Source: a virus
Lineage: Duplodnaviria; Caudoviricetes
Direction: 5' to 3' (one strand)
IMG/VR virus record: IMGVR_UViG_3300017700_000645
Coordinates: 1 to 26,075 of that record
Length of the DNA stretch: 26,075 bases
Shown here: positions 1-8,057 of the stretch, piece by piece
How the letters are laid out: the number at the start of each line of letters is the position of its first letter
Numbering within the stretch: position 1 is the stretch's first letter
Notes under the pieces: model-generated
Told to the model about the DNA's origin: nothing
Databases searched by the model: none
The model's input: the letters and a program-made list of their open reading frames with translations, nothing else
Made by a program: the position numbers and the translations under genes

Positions 1-506
1 GAATAGGGATCAGGATAGACGCTCAGCGGATCGCTGATGCGCTCAATCACCAAGTCCTGGTCGAACGTGTCATCCGTCGCATAATCGGCGTTGATGCGGA
101 AATAACCACGACCCGACGTAACCGCGTAGTCAATCGCGGTGTCATAGGCCACGTCAGAGTTAGACGAATATTCGATGTTGCGGATCAGGCCCGCAAGGAT
201 TTCAGCCGTCTTGGGGTCTGCCTTGCTATCGACGGGCTTGACCTTAATCTGTGGCTTGTTCAGGCGGCTATCGTTCACGACCTGCCGCACGACCGACCCA
301 AGTTGGTCAATCGTCAGGCAAGGACGGCCATCCTCTTCGCGCTGCTGACGAACGGCTTCAGGCCATTGCTCGCGCAGCTTGACGAACTTGATGTCATCGA
401 CCTGTTCAATCCGATTTTCGGAGTCGATGTCTTCGCACAGGTCAAAGCGCTCCAGCGCTTCAATGTGGATAGGATCGCCGTCAATGTCGCTGGATTTAGT
501 CGCCAA
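1..506 (-). CDS. P22-like portal protein (5' part; runs off the left edge)
   Basis: Not in the ORF track. Manual translation from TTG at 506 (GGAG upstream) gives MATKSSDIDGDPIHIEALERFDLCEDIDSENRIEQVDDIKFVKLREQWPEAVRQQREEDGRPCLTIDQLGSVVRQVVNDSRLNKPQIKVKPVDSKADPKTAEILAGLIRNIEYSSNSDVAYDTAIDYAVTSGRGYFRI..., open to the edge. The QWP/RPCLT/GxGYFRI pattern is typical of P22-type portals, and the gene lies downstream of terL. Confidence 0.9.
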   Translation of the reverse strand, partial: MATKSSDIDGDPIHIEALERFDLCEDIDSENRIEQVDDIKFVKLREQWPEAVRQQREEDGRPCLTIDQLGSVVRQVVNDSRLNKPQIKVKPVDSKADPKTAEILAGLIRNIEYSSNSDVAYDTAIDYAVTSGRGYFRINADYATDDTFDQDLVIERISDPLSVYPDPY

Positions 507-980
507 CTATGGCTCCAATGCTACGGCGTGAACGATTGTTGCGCCAACACTAGCAGGAAGAGAAAGAATTGTCAGCCCCAGGACAGCAGCCACAGACCGC
601 GTCGTCCGATTCACTCTGAGTTTCGCGCTCGTGTTCGTAGGTGTTCCTTCAAGTTGGACATTGATAACGTCCGTTACGCCCTGCGCTGTCTCTGCGACAG
701 CGACAACAATAGGCGTTACGCCTGCGCTGAATGGCGGGTCAAACGTCCACGTTAGCGACCCGTCCGCAGCACTTGTCATGCGGGCTTTGCGGGCCTTGGA
801 GGCGTGTGTGTGGTTCGACAGGGCATAGACTGAAGTGTCGGTCCCCTTGGCGCTGGAGTCAGCCACAGACGGAGGCGCGGACGTGGCAGGCGTCGGCATC
901 TCGGGCTTGAGGGCGAGCGGCGCGACCGCTGAAGCCAATTGTTCGGGCGTTACGCCCGCTCGTCCACCAATCTCAGCCAT
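507..980 (-). CDS. hypothetical, probable virion-associated protein
   Basis: 157 aa, rich in A/T/S/P, contains a YALSNHTH motif seen in fibre-like proteins; coupled to its neighbours between terL and portal. Confidence 0.65.
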   Translation of the reverse strand: MAEIGGRAGVTPEQLASAVAPLALKPEMPTPATSAPPSVADSSAKGTDTSVYALSNHTHASKARKARMTSAADGSLTWTFDPPFSAGVTPIVVAVAETAQGVTDVINVQLEGTPTNTSAKLRVNRTTRSVAAVLGLTILSLPASVGATIVHAVALEP

Positions 981-1759
981 CAGGCGATGCCTCCTCGGGC
1001 TTTCAGATAGGCGAGCATTTGAGCATCGGGGGTTGCAGAAAGTGGATTCGTCACCGCCAGCAGCGAGAAAATGCAGTTTGCGAAGTTAGCCGCGACCGCA
1101 GCCGTAGCCGCACCAATCCGAACACGCGTGGAAGCCGTTGCAGGAACAACCGCAGTTGTGACGCCCGCAACACCGTCAATATCAATCATCATGTCCGTGG
1201 CGGTAAATGTCGCCTTGATGACGTGGCGTCCGCTCAGATCGACAGCATTGTTCAGGCCCGTTATGGTCCCGCCGCCATTCCCTGCGTCCACCCGCGCGCG
1301 GTTCACACCGCTATTCACGACACGAGCCACAGCGCGCCGTGTTGCCGCCTGATCCCCGTATCCTCCAAACACACGAACGGTCGCGTCAGCAGCCAAGGTC
1401 ATCTGATCGACCAACATCCAGATAACGCTAGGCGTTGCACCGACCGGGAACACGCCCGTTCCCGCATACGTAAGTTCGTCGTCAACGCCATCGAACAGAA
1501 GACCAGGACGCCCATTGAAGCTGACGGACGAATAGATCGGCATGGCTGTTCCGACCGCTTGAGTCGCAGCATAGCCATTCTTGACGGAGCGCCACTCAGT
1601 TACCGTCGCGCCAGACGTAGAAATCGTGGAAAGCATCTCTGCATCCCACATGTCGTATAGGTCAGCGCCTAGAGAGAGGGGCGTGAACGTGTTGGCCCCG
1701 CCGAATATAGGCAGGCGGGGCTCCCACGGATTACGCGGCTGAAAGCCAACCCAGGCCAT
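980..1759 (-). CDS. probable virion protein with LamG/concanavalin-like beta-sandwich
   Basis: WDA...VTEWRSVKNG...FNGRPGLLFDGVDD pattern and C-terminal AYLKAR, as in phage LamG-like domains; stop/start overlaps with both neighbours. Confidence 0.6.
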   Translation of the reverse strand: MAWVGFQPRNPWEPRLPIFGGANTFTPLSLGADLYDMWDAEMLSTISTSGATVTEWRSVKNGYAATQAVGTAMPIYSSVSFNGRPGLLFDGVDDELTYAGTGVFPVGATPSVIWMLVDQMTLAADATVRVFGGYGDQAATRRAVARVVNSGVNRARVDAGNGGGTITGLNNAVDLSGRHVIKATFTATDMMIDIDGVAGVTTAVVPATASTRVRIGAATAAVAANFANCIFSLLAVTNPLSATPDAQMLAYLKARGGIA

Positions 1760-2178
1760 TAGTATTCAGTCATCGTGACGGCTGTGTTGCCGCCCGCTGC
1801 AACGAAGGTGACAGCCCGGTTCGTCGCAATGGAGAATCCGACACCAGGCGCAACCGTGTAGGTTCCAGCCGTTCCGATTGCCGCCGTGCCGCCGAACTCG
1901 TTGAAGCCAATATTGTTGACTCCGATGTTCTGCCCCACAAGGCCTCGACGTGCCGCGTTGGCGGCAACAGTCAGGCCTCCGCTCGTCGTGGTCGCTGTGC
2001 CGCTTCGATCTGTGCCAGCGGGCAATGCGCCACCAACAACAAACGTCGGGCTGCCCGAAGTGGAGCCGGTGGGGGCGGTTACAGCGCCGGTAGTGGCGTT
2101 CACCGTGCCAGCGATAACAACCGGCTGCGCAACCTCTACGGGGCGATTGTCCGCGAGGGACTTACCGACAACGCTCAT
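1759..2178 (-). CDS. hypothetical G/T/A-rich probable virion protein
   Basis: 139 aa, beta-rich (ANAARRGLVGQN pattern), GGAG RBS upstream. Confidence 0.65.
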   Translation of the reverse strand: MSVVGKSLADNRPVEVAQPVVIAGTVNATTGAVTAPTGSTSGSPTFVVGGALPAGTDRSGTATTTSGGLTVAANAARRGLVGQNIGVNNIGFNEFGGTAAIGTAGTYTVAPGVGFSIATNRAVTFVAAGGNTAVTMTEY

Positions 2179-2225
2179 GGGAAAATCTCCGTTTCCCAGC
2201 GTATATCACGCACGATTATTGCGCG

Positions 2226-3584
2226 CTAGCCCATCCAGCTACGCGAACGGTTGCCAGATGCCGCCTTCTTGCGTTCTATCGGCTCTTCGTAATGGACGGC
2301 CATGAGGCCGAAGCCATCCGCGCCGTGCGAAGACCAATCATGGACCGGGCCGCGACCAATCCCCCGATCCTCGTCCCAATTCTCATGATAGGCCGCGAGA
2401 CACTTGCGCCCCGGCTCTGTAGGCGCGTCCGCAAACCACATTTTGCCAAAGATGCGACGCGCGGCCTCAATCCGCATGGTCGCAGCGCCGGTCCCCTGGT
2501 TCGGGACCACCTCGACGTTGAACCCTGCCTCCGTAAGGGCGCTCTCATACGTCACCGTGTAAACCGCGTCGTGCTTCACCCCATCATGCGGAAGGACGCA
2601 CAGGGCGTTCTCATAGCCGTTCGTTCGTAGCCAATTGACGTGCGTTGCAAGCGGCTGGCCCACAGACTCGTAATAGTCCAGAACGTTGATCTTCTGCCCA
2701 ACGAATTGAGCAATCCAGATCGTGCAGGCGTCCGCCTTTGCCGACGTGCCACCAATGTCCCAATATGCCCTGTAGGTCATCAGGGGATCATGCGGAACGT
2801 CCGTGATCCGACCATCAACGCGAGCCTTTGTCAGGTCGCGGGTGTAATACGATCCCTTGAACACGGTTTTGAACGCGCCTTCCCAAATGTGATCGTAGTT
2901 ATCAGGGTCTTCCTCTAGCGACTTGAGGCGCAAGCGTTCAAGCTTCTGTGTCCACCAGGTGTTATCGCGCCAATTTATCTCGACGCCTTTCGTCATGGGT
3001 GACGTGGACATGCGCAGATTCTTATGAACCCAGCTTCGCTCTGCCTCAGGGTTGTAGATCGCCCAAATCTCGGAGTCTTCCTCGCGCACGGTCGGAACGA
3101 TCTTCTCCCACGCATCAGCGGGAATGTTCTCAGCCTCTTCAGCCGCAACCAGAAGAATCTTGGATTTCGATTTGATGCTGTCCAGATTAACGCTTGTGCC
3201 CGCGAACACGAACTTGATGCGCCCTGACTTGGTGCGGACGTATTTCTCTCCGACCTCATAGACGCTCTGAAGCCAAGGATCGGCCTCGATAGCCGACTTC
3301 ACGTCCTGAAGGCTGGAGTCCTCTAGGCTGTTCATGAATTCACGGATGCACAGGATTACGCCGCTTTTGCCCTGCGCATCCCATATGGCCCCAAGTGTCG
3401 CGGCCATCTTGTGAAAGCCGACGCTCTTCGAGCTACCACGACCACCGAACGCATAGCGGAAGTCCGCCTTGCCCTCGAATACCGGAATCAGCTTGGGAAC
3501 GATGTCGGCAGTCGTGAGCGGACACAGGCCCCGCCTGTGCAGTTCGATCTTGGCCGCTGCGATGTCCGCTAGGGTGAGTTTCAC
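2226..3584 (-). CDS. terL: terminase large subunit (PBSX-like)
   Basis: Walker A-like YAFGGRGSSKS, Walker B-like LVAAEEAE, PTVRE and YNP motifs, nuclease motifs WDIGG, LPHDG and HDWSSHGADGF; likely GTG start at 3584 (ORF track extends to 3614). Confidence 0.93.
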   Translation of the reverse strand: MKLTLADIAAAKIELHRRGLCPLTTADIVPKLIPVFEGKADFRYAFGGRGSSKSVGFHKMAATLGAIWDAQGKSGVILCIREFMNSLEDSSLQDVKSAIEADPWLQSVYEVGEKYVRTKSGRIKFVFAGTSVNLDSIKSKSKILLVAAEEAENIPADAWEKIVPTVREEDSEIWAIYNPEAERSWVHKNLRMSTSPMTKGVEINWRDNTWWTQKLERLRLKSLEEDPDNYDHIWEGAFKTVFKGSYYTRDLTKARVDGRITDVPHDPLMTYRAYWDIGGTSAKADACTIWIAQFVGQKINVLDYYESVGQPLATHVNWLRTNGYENALCVLPHDGVKHDAVYTVTYESALTEAGFNVEVVPNQGTGAATMRIEAARRIFGKMWFADAPTEPGRKCLAAYHENWDEDRGIGRGPVHDWSSHGADGFGLMAVHYEEPIERKKAASGNRSRSWMG

Positions 3585-3602
3585 CCCACCTACATAGCAC
3601 AA

Positions 3603-3628
3603 GGGCCGTCCCACTCAAGAGACGGCCC
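3603..3628 (-). terminator. GC-rich hairpin upstream of terL (weak terminator or attenuator)
   Basis: GGGCCGTC (3603-3610) / GACGGCCC (3621-3628) inverted repeat; only a short TTGT tail on the minus strand. Confidence 0.35.
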
Positions 3629-3649
3629 CAATGCATCACTACGCGCCGG

Positions 3650-3889
3650 TTACTTTTTGTCGGCTTCCTTGCGGGCCTTCTCAGCGGCCTTACGCGCCTC
3701 TTCGTCGTATTCAACGTCATTTGGATCGTAGGTCAGGATCGACTTATCGACCGGGTTCGCCTTCATGACGATGCCCGACGCTTCGTTCGTCTGCTGGCGC
3801 AGGCCCTTGGGATTCAGAGCCTCCTCATGCTTCTCGACGATCTCTTTCGCTTCTTCGACGGTGGGTTCGTTCTTGTCAGACACGGCCAT
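3650..3889 (-). CDS. hypothetical charged protein
   Basis: 79 aa, GGAG RBS, in the minus-strand gene run. Confidence 0.75.
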   Translation of the reverse strand: MAVSDKNEPTVEEAKEIVEKHEEALNPKGLRQQTNEASGIVMKANPVDKSILTYDPNDVEYDEEARKAAEKARKEADKK

Positions 3890-3942
3890 GTCTCCGGTTA
3901 AGTGGAGACGGGAGAACGATCAACGGGGCGTGTGGTTGCGTC

Positions 3943-4173
3943 CTAACCCTCGTCGTGACCAAACACGATGTAATGCTTGCAGCGCTCCAACAGGATCATA
4001 GTTTCGCCAGCGTTCGCGGTTGCGGCGAGATAAAGCTCGCCGTCCGCGTCCTGACCGAACACAACGCAGCTTTGTAGGTCTTGCCCCTTAGCGCCCTCCA
4101 AGACTGCTTCGGCCTCAAGGGTCCAGCCCTCACCGGCTGTTTCAGGAACGAGGCGGATCACATCTGCTGTCAT
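3943..4173 (-). CDS. hypothetical phage protein
   Basis: 76 aa from MTADVIRL, natural protein-like composition. Confidence 0.7.
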   Translation of the reverse strand: MTADVIRLVPETAGEGWTLEAEAVLEGAKGQDLQSCVVFGQDADGELYLAATANAGETMILLERCKHYIVFGHDEG

Positions 4174-4189
4174 ACCGCCCATCTAACGC

Positions 4190-4224
4190 AAAACCCCTAG
4201 CCGGTGCAAGACTGGCTAGGGGTT
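4190..4224 (-). terminator. rho-independent terminator
   Basis: AACCCCTAGCC...GGCTAGGGGTT stem followed by TTTT on the minus strand. Confidence 0.75.
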
Positions 4225-4270
4225 CGTGGCTCTGGCAGGAGCGGGTCTTCAGACTGGACGCACCCAATCC

Positions 4271-4423
4271 TTACCCCACTCCGACATTCCCCGCAAGCGC
4301 CCAAATCAGCGCTGCGATGAAGAAGCCCAACCGCGCACTCCACTCAGGCACACGCGAGCCAGGGATTGCAGCGGCGAGCCACAGGCCGAAGGAAATCAAG
4401 ACGACGATCGAAAACAAGCTCAC
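4271..4423 (-). CDS. small two-TM membrane protein (50 aa)
   Basis: Below the ORF-track cutoff. Manual translation: MSLFSIVVLISFGLWLAAAIPGSRVPEWSARLGFFIAALIWALAGNVGVG. Confidence 0.6.
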   Translation of the reverse strand: MSLFSIVVLISFGLWLAAAIPGSRVPEWSARLGFFIAALIWALAGNVGVG

Positions 4424-4502
4424 CAGAACCCCCGCTCTTCATTCCATTCATAGGCAGCGCCTAGGTCGTGCAGGCCTTCAATGACCCACCTGATAAAACT
4501 AA

Positions 4503-4685
4503 TCATGACGGCTCAACGTCGGTGGGTGGGGTTGGTTGCACAACCCTATAGCCCATGCCCTCAGCAACCGTGTTTATAACCTCGTCAGCGTCCATATCCA
4601 GCGCCCAACCAAGGAATGTCTGTGCCAGCAGGGCGCGTGCGTTTTTCTTCACTCTACCCCAAGCCCTGCGCGTCTCATCCATCAT
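4503..4685 (-). CDS. hypothetical protein
   Basis: ATGA overlap with the upstream gene; GATGGAGAGG RBS. Confidence 0.65.
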   Translation of the reverse strand: MMDETRRAWGRVKKNARALLAQTFLGWALDMDADEVINTVAEGMGYRVVQPTPPTDVEPS

Positions 4686-4840
4686 CCCTCTCCATCATTC
4701 ACCGGCAACATCAACACCAACTTCTCCCGCAACGCAAGCGCGTCCTGCCCAGTGAACGCACCCGGCCGGATGATCGTCCCGCGCTCCGTGTCGCCCATCA
4801 GGATCAGGAGGTAGGTGAGTTCGGGGGCGGTTAGGGTCAT
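4682..4840 (-). CDS. hypothetical protein
   Basis: Likely start MTLTAPEL at 4840 with ATGA coupling. Confidence 0.6.
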   Translation of the reverse strand: MTLTAPELTYLLILMGDTERGTIIRPGAFTGQDALALREKLVLMLPVNDGEG

Positions 4841-5172
4841 TGCTTGGCCCTCAGAATGGCCGCGCATAGGGCGAGCGGGAGAGTCGTGGACAGCGACCCG
4901 CGCGGGTCGTGCGCCTTCCAACTCATCAGGGCGGCATAGAGCGTGTTCCAGCCGTCCAGCCCGCACCGCTCAGCCAGAGCCAGGGCGGCGTCTAGGCTGG
5001 TGGTGACGGGTGGCGTTCGGTCTGAGAACGGAGAGCCATCAACGAAAGGCCAGCGCCCCGGATAGCCGTCTGTCATTTCGAGAGCGTCCAACGGGTCGAA
5101 CACGTCGGCAATCGCCGCATCAAGCTCCCTCGACCCCTCTCCCGCCGCCTCTAGCTGTTGGAGGAGGGTCAT
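4837..5172 (-). CDS. hypothetical phage protein (SRELDAAIA...TTSLDAALAL family)
   Basis: Motif pattern common in alphaproteobacterial phage early genes; ATGA coupling. Confidence 0.75.
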   Translation of the reverse strand: MTLLQQLEAAGEGSRELDAAIADVFDPLDALEMTDGYPGRWPFVDGSPFSDRTPPVTTSLDAALALAERCGLDGWNTLYAALMSWKAHDPRGSLSTTLPLALCAAILRAKQ

Positions 5173-5267
5173 TTCCGAAGCTCTCCCCAAATCATTCCCA
5201 CTCCAATTCCGAGTGCAAGAGACAGGATGCTGTAAAACGCAATGTCAGCCATACATGCCCCGCTCAT
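5169..5267 (-). CDS. tiny single-TM protein
   Basis: MSGACMADIAFYSILSLALGIGVGMIWGELRK; ATGA overlaps at both ends. Confidence 0.55.
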   Translation of the reverse strand: MSGACMADIAFYSILSLALGIGVGMIWGELRK

Positions 5268-5659
5268 CCCGGCTCTCCGGTCTGGTGGGTGGCTGCTGCA
5301 CGGAGGGCTGCGACGACTTCGGCTTGAGTGCGTCCTGGAGCGTCGTTCCACGCCATGAGTTCACTAACAGTGCCGAGGCCAAGCGTCTTAGCGACGGACA
5401 TCCCCATCTCTGGATATTTCCGGTGATAGCTAACGATGCCTTTGTAGCCCACCGCCTTTTCTTCCGAGCGGGCGGCCAACCACCCAGCTTTTTGGATCGC
5501 ACCGAAAACGCACCAGCACTTGGCGCAAAAATCAGCGCCAGTGACCATCGTCCGCTGGGGACGACCGTATTCGTCGCCAGCTAGCCAGCCTTGAACCCAC
5601 GCGCCGGGCTTCTCCAGCAGATCAGCCGCCGCGTTCAGGATTTCAGATACGGTCGCCAT
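5264..5659 (-). CDS. hypothetical phage protein (DUF6197-like)
   Basis: AADLLE..GAWVQG...CWCVFGAI...WNDAPGRTQAEVVAALR pattern. Confidence 0.7.
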   Translation of the reverse strand: MATVSEILNAAADLLEKPGAWVQGWLAGDEYGRPQRTMVTGADFCAKCWCVFGAIQKAGWLAARSEEKAVGYKGIVSYHRKYPEMGMSVAKTLGLGTVSELMAWNDAPGRTQAEVVAALRAAATHQTGEPG

Positions 5660-5660
5660 C

Positions 5661-5996
5661 TCAAGCACCCCCACTCTTGTCGGGGGAGGCTTTGGCGAGG
5701 GCGGCGCGGGCCGTCTGCTGAATCTCTAGCAGCAAATCGACGACGCCGATCAGCCCACGACTTGAAACATCTTTATCGGCAAGCTTTGAAATCTTTTCGA
5801 GAGCGTCCGCGATGACCGGCGCGGACACGATCAAATTTTCGTCTTCTGGAGACAAATCAATCCAGCCTGCTTGCGCGCTTAAAACCAAACAGCCGTTATA
5901 CTTGCTAACAATGGCCGTTATCCTATCGGATCGATGGTAAACCGTCCAGGTCCAAGGCCCCGGCGTCCACCCGCCCTTGTGTTGGGGGTCGGTCAT
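5661..5996 (-). CDS. hypothetical phage protein (TPGPW...LIxxAP family)
   Basis: WTPGPW N-terminus, LIVSAP, ARAALAKA C-terminus, typical of phage early genes. Confidence 0.75.
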   Translation of the reverse strand: MTDPQHKGGWTPGPWTWTVYHRSDRITAIVSKYNGCLVLSAQAGWIDLSPEDENLIVSAPVIADALEKISKLADKDVSSRGLIGVVDLLLEIQQTARAALAKASPDKSGGA

Positions 5997-6172
5997 GCTG
6001 ACACCTCGTAAGAGCGCTTAAGCATCTCAAGCTCTTCCTCGGCCTTCCCATAAACCTCTTCGGCTTTACGGTGTCCGGCCGTTCCTGGCGTTTTTGACAT
6101 CATCGTTTTGTGGGCGTTGTGAAATTTAACCCACGCACTGTCTAATGCCTTTAAATCTCGGCGAGTAAACAT
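5993..6172 (-). CDS. hypothetical protein
   Basis: Likely start MFTRRDLK directly after the GATGGAGAGA RBS. Confidence 0.65.
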   Translation of the reverse strand: MFTRRDLKALDSAWVKFHNAHKTMMSKTPGTAGHRKAEEVYGKAEEELEMLKRSYEVSA

Positions 6173-6199
6173 CCATCTCTCTCCATCAGTCAAGCCGCC

Positions 6200-6227
6200 A
6201 CCATACGCGGCGGGGGTTGGCGGTCAA
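6200..6227 (-). promoter_or_regulatory. sigma70-like promoter TTGACC-N16-TATGGT
   Basis: Same hexamers and spacing as the promoter at 20663-20690. Confidence 0.6.
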
Positions 6228-6231
6228 GGGG

Positions 6232-6408
6232 TTATTTTGGGGGCGAGCACAAAAGAAGCTCTGCCCGATGACACAGCATCGGCTTGTCTTTTCCCTCGAA
6301 ATGCACATTAAGCCAGTGAGGCTTAGAGCCTGAAACGGATCGAACAAATCCCTTCAGTCCACGGCCTCTAAGCTCCACATACGAGCCAACTCCAATCGCA
6401 TGGCTCAC
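6232..6408 (-). CDS. small SH3-like beta-barrel protein (58 aa)
   Basis: Manual translation MSHAIGVGSYVELRGRGLKGFVRSVSGSKPHWLNVHFEGKDKPMLCHRAELLLCSPPK; GTGA coupling. Confidence 0.6.
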   Translation of the reverse strand: MSHAIGVGSYVELRGRGLKGFVRSVSGSKPHWLNVHFEGKDKPMLCHRAELLLCSPPK

Positions 6409-6785
6409 GACCCCACCCCCACAGCGGCGGTTAGGTCGGAGTGGCGCAGCTTCGATACGAACTCAGCGACACGAACGACTGAGCCGCGAACGCCATCACG
6501 AGATGCGCCATCGGAGCCGTCTCTGTCCCAGCTATCGTTTTCCCATGGAGTGCATCCGACGCCATCCAGCATTTCAGAGCAAGCGTCTTCAATCTCCCAA
6601 ACAGTTAGTGGGCGGTTCACGCTCTCAAACGCAAGGCGCTGCTCAATAGCCACCCCAACCGGCCCCTCACACCCCGTCTTCAGATACCGATACGCCGTAG
6701 AGCGACCGATGCCCAGCCAGGTGGCGGCTTGTTCGGGGGTGAGGGATAGCGAGGCGAGCGCCTGGGTATATTCAGCGCCAGTCAT
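6405..6785 (-). CDS. HTH DNA-binding protein with extra C-terminal region
   Basis: LSLTPEQAATWLGIGRSTAYRY helix-turn-helix. Confidence 0.75.
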   Translation of the reverse strand: MTGAEYTQALASLSLTPEQAATWLGIGRSTAYRYLKTGCEGPVGVAIEQRLAFESVNRPLTVWEIEDACSEMLDGVGCTPWENDSWDRDGSDGASRDGVRGSVVRVAEFVSKLRHSDLTAAVGVGS

Positions 6786-7000
6786 TTCGCGCTCTCCTCA
6801 TTTACCGAGGCCACAACAGCGCGGACAACAGATCTGAACACTTCCTTTGTGTCCGGTTGAGCCGCACCTGAGTGGCGATACTCATCGGTCCACGGCGAAG
6901 TGAATCCATAAGCCCGATAAGCGGCCTCAGCCGCCCGTTCTAATTGTTCGGGGGTGAGGGAGAGGGTGTGGAGGGCTGTGCGGTATTCGAGCGGGGTCAT
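6782..7000 (-). CDS. chimeric protein carrying the N-terminus of the HTH family
   Basis: MTPLEYRTALHTLSLTPEQ matches the start of 6405-6785, then diverges before the recognition helix. Confidence 0.6.
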   Translation of the reverse strand: MTPLEYRTALHTLSLTPEQLERAAEAAYRAYGFTSPWTDEYRHSGAAQPDTKEVFRSVVRAVVASVNEESAK

Positions 7001-7008
7001 GCGGTGGA

Positions 7009-7635
7009 TCACAGCGCACCCCACTGATCCGCCATCGCTTCGGCAAAGCCCGTGTAGAATCGGGCGCGCTCCTTGGCTCTGTCCTTTCCAGGCGACATGT
7101 AGTGGACGCGTTCGCGCTCTTTCTTCGGCAGCTTCATCATGTACTCATAGACATTGTTCGTCTCGCGCAACGGCATCAACCCTCGCAGCCCAAAGCCCGT
7201 TTTCTTCTGCTCCATATGTCCGAAGCGATAGGGCTGGACGTATTGCACCAGCGCCTTACGGCGAGACCGAAGCGCAGGAAACAGGACGCTGGCGGGGTTT
7301 TCCATCGCCACACGAGGCGACATCATGCAGGCTGCATCCCACACCTTTAGCGACCACTCGACAGCCTCAAGACGCTCTCCGTTACGAGGCTTGGGCGTTC
7401 CATCCCCGTTCAGGCCGTATGTCGAGTTCCCACAGACAGCCATGGCCGTGCAGGGTATGTGAATGACAATCAGGTCCCACGGATTACGGCCGATGGCATC
7501 CATCACATCACCCTGAATGTGGAACGCCGGATCGCCCTCAGTCGGCAACAGGTCGCACGACCATGCGTCGTGACCACGAGCGCGGAAGGCGTCTCGGACG
7601 GTGGCGGAATATTCGCAGGCGACTAGGATTCTCAT
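7009..7635 (-). CDS. short DNA cytosine-C5 methyltransferase-like protein
   Basis: ILVACEYS motif I variant, catalytic HIPCT (PC), MENP motif VI, C-terminal AMADQWG; recognisable phage family. Confidence 0.75.
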   Translation of the reverse strand: MRILVACEYSATVRDAFRARGHDAWSCDLLPTEGDPAFHIQGDVMDAIGRNPWDLIVIHIPCTAMAVCGNSTYGLNGDGTPKPRNGERLEAVEWSLKVWDAACMMSPRVAMENPASVLFPALRSRRKALVQYVQPYRFGHMEQKKTGFGLRGLMPLRETNNVYEYMMKLPKKERERVHYMSPGKDRAKERARFYTGFAEAMADQWGAL

Positions 7636-7805
7636 TTCGCAGCCATGAGATTTGAAACAGGGAATGTCAGATACTGACCTTCAAATGTTCCGTTGATGTG
7701 CCGAACCCACGCGGTGTCGTTTTCCAGAGCCACTAGCCGAAACAGATATAGCTCGTTCTTGTCTCCGAACCTGTGACCGTTTGTGACTGTCTCTCCGATT
7801 TTCAT
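7632..7805 (-). CDS. small hypothetical protein (57 aa)
   Basis: Manual translation MKIGETVTNGHRFGDKNELYLFRLVALENDTAWVRHINGTFEGQYLTFPVSNLMAAK; ATGA overlaps at both ends. Confidence 0.7.
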   Translation of the reverse strand: MKIGETVTNGHRFGDKNELYLFRLVALENDTAWVRHINGTFEGQYLTFPVSNLMAAK

Positions 7806-8005
7806 TTCACGACCTCGATCTGATACTCGTAATCGAGGCCGGTGAAGTCGGTCAGTCGGTCAACTTCGACGCCGACACGGAATGCGAACGAATCTTCGCT
7901 CTCGCCCTTGTGCGACTTCATGAAGCCAACTTCACAGCGCGGCGGGCAGGCGTTGTGTCCCTCGGGACTGATCTGAATGATCGAAACTTGGTGGGTCATC
8001 TGCAT
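7802..8005 (-). CDS. hypothetical protein
   Basis: 67 aa, GGAGAG RBS, downstream of a promoter-like intergenic stretch. Confidence 0.7.
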   Translation of the reverse strand: MQMTHQVSIIQISPEGHNACPPRCEVGFMKSHKGESEDSFAFRVGVEVDRLTDFTGLDYEYQIEVVK

Positions 8006-8057
8006 CTCTCCGTTGCGATGACTCTTTATCCCACAACGGGACTAACGACGCAAGCGG

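Noticed and set aside
303-2305. Plus-strand ORFs of 65-213 aa in the ORF track
   Set aside because: Antisense shadows of the coupled minus-strand genes in GC-rich DNA; no recognisable motifs
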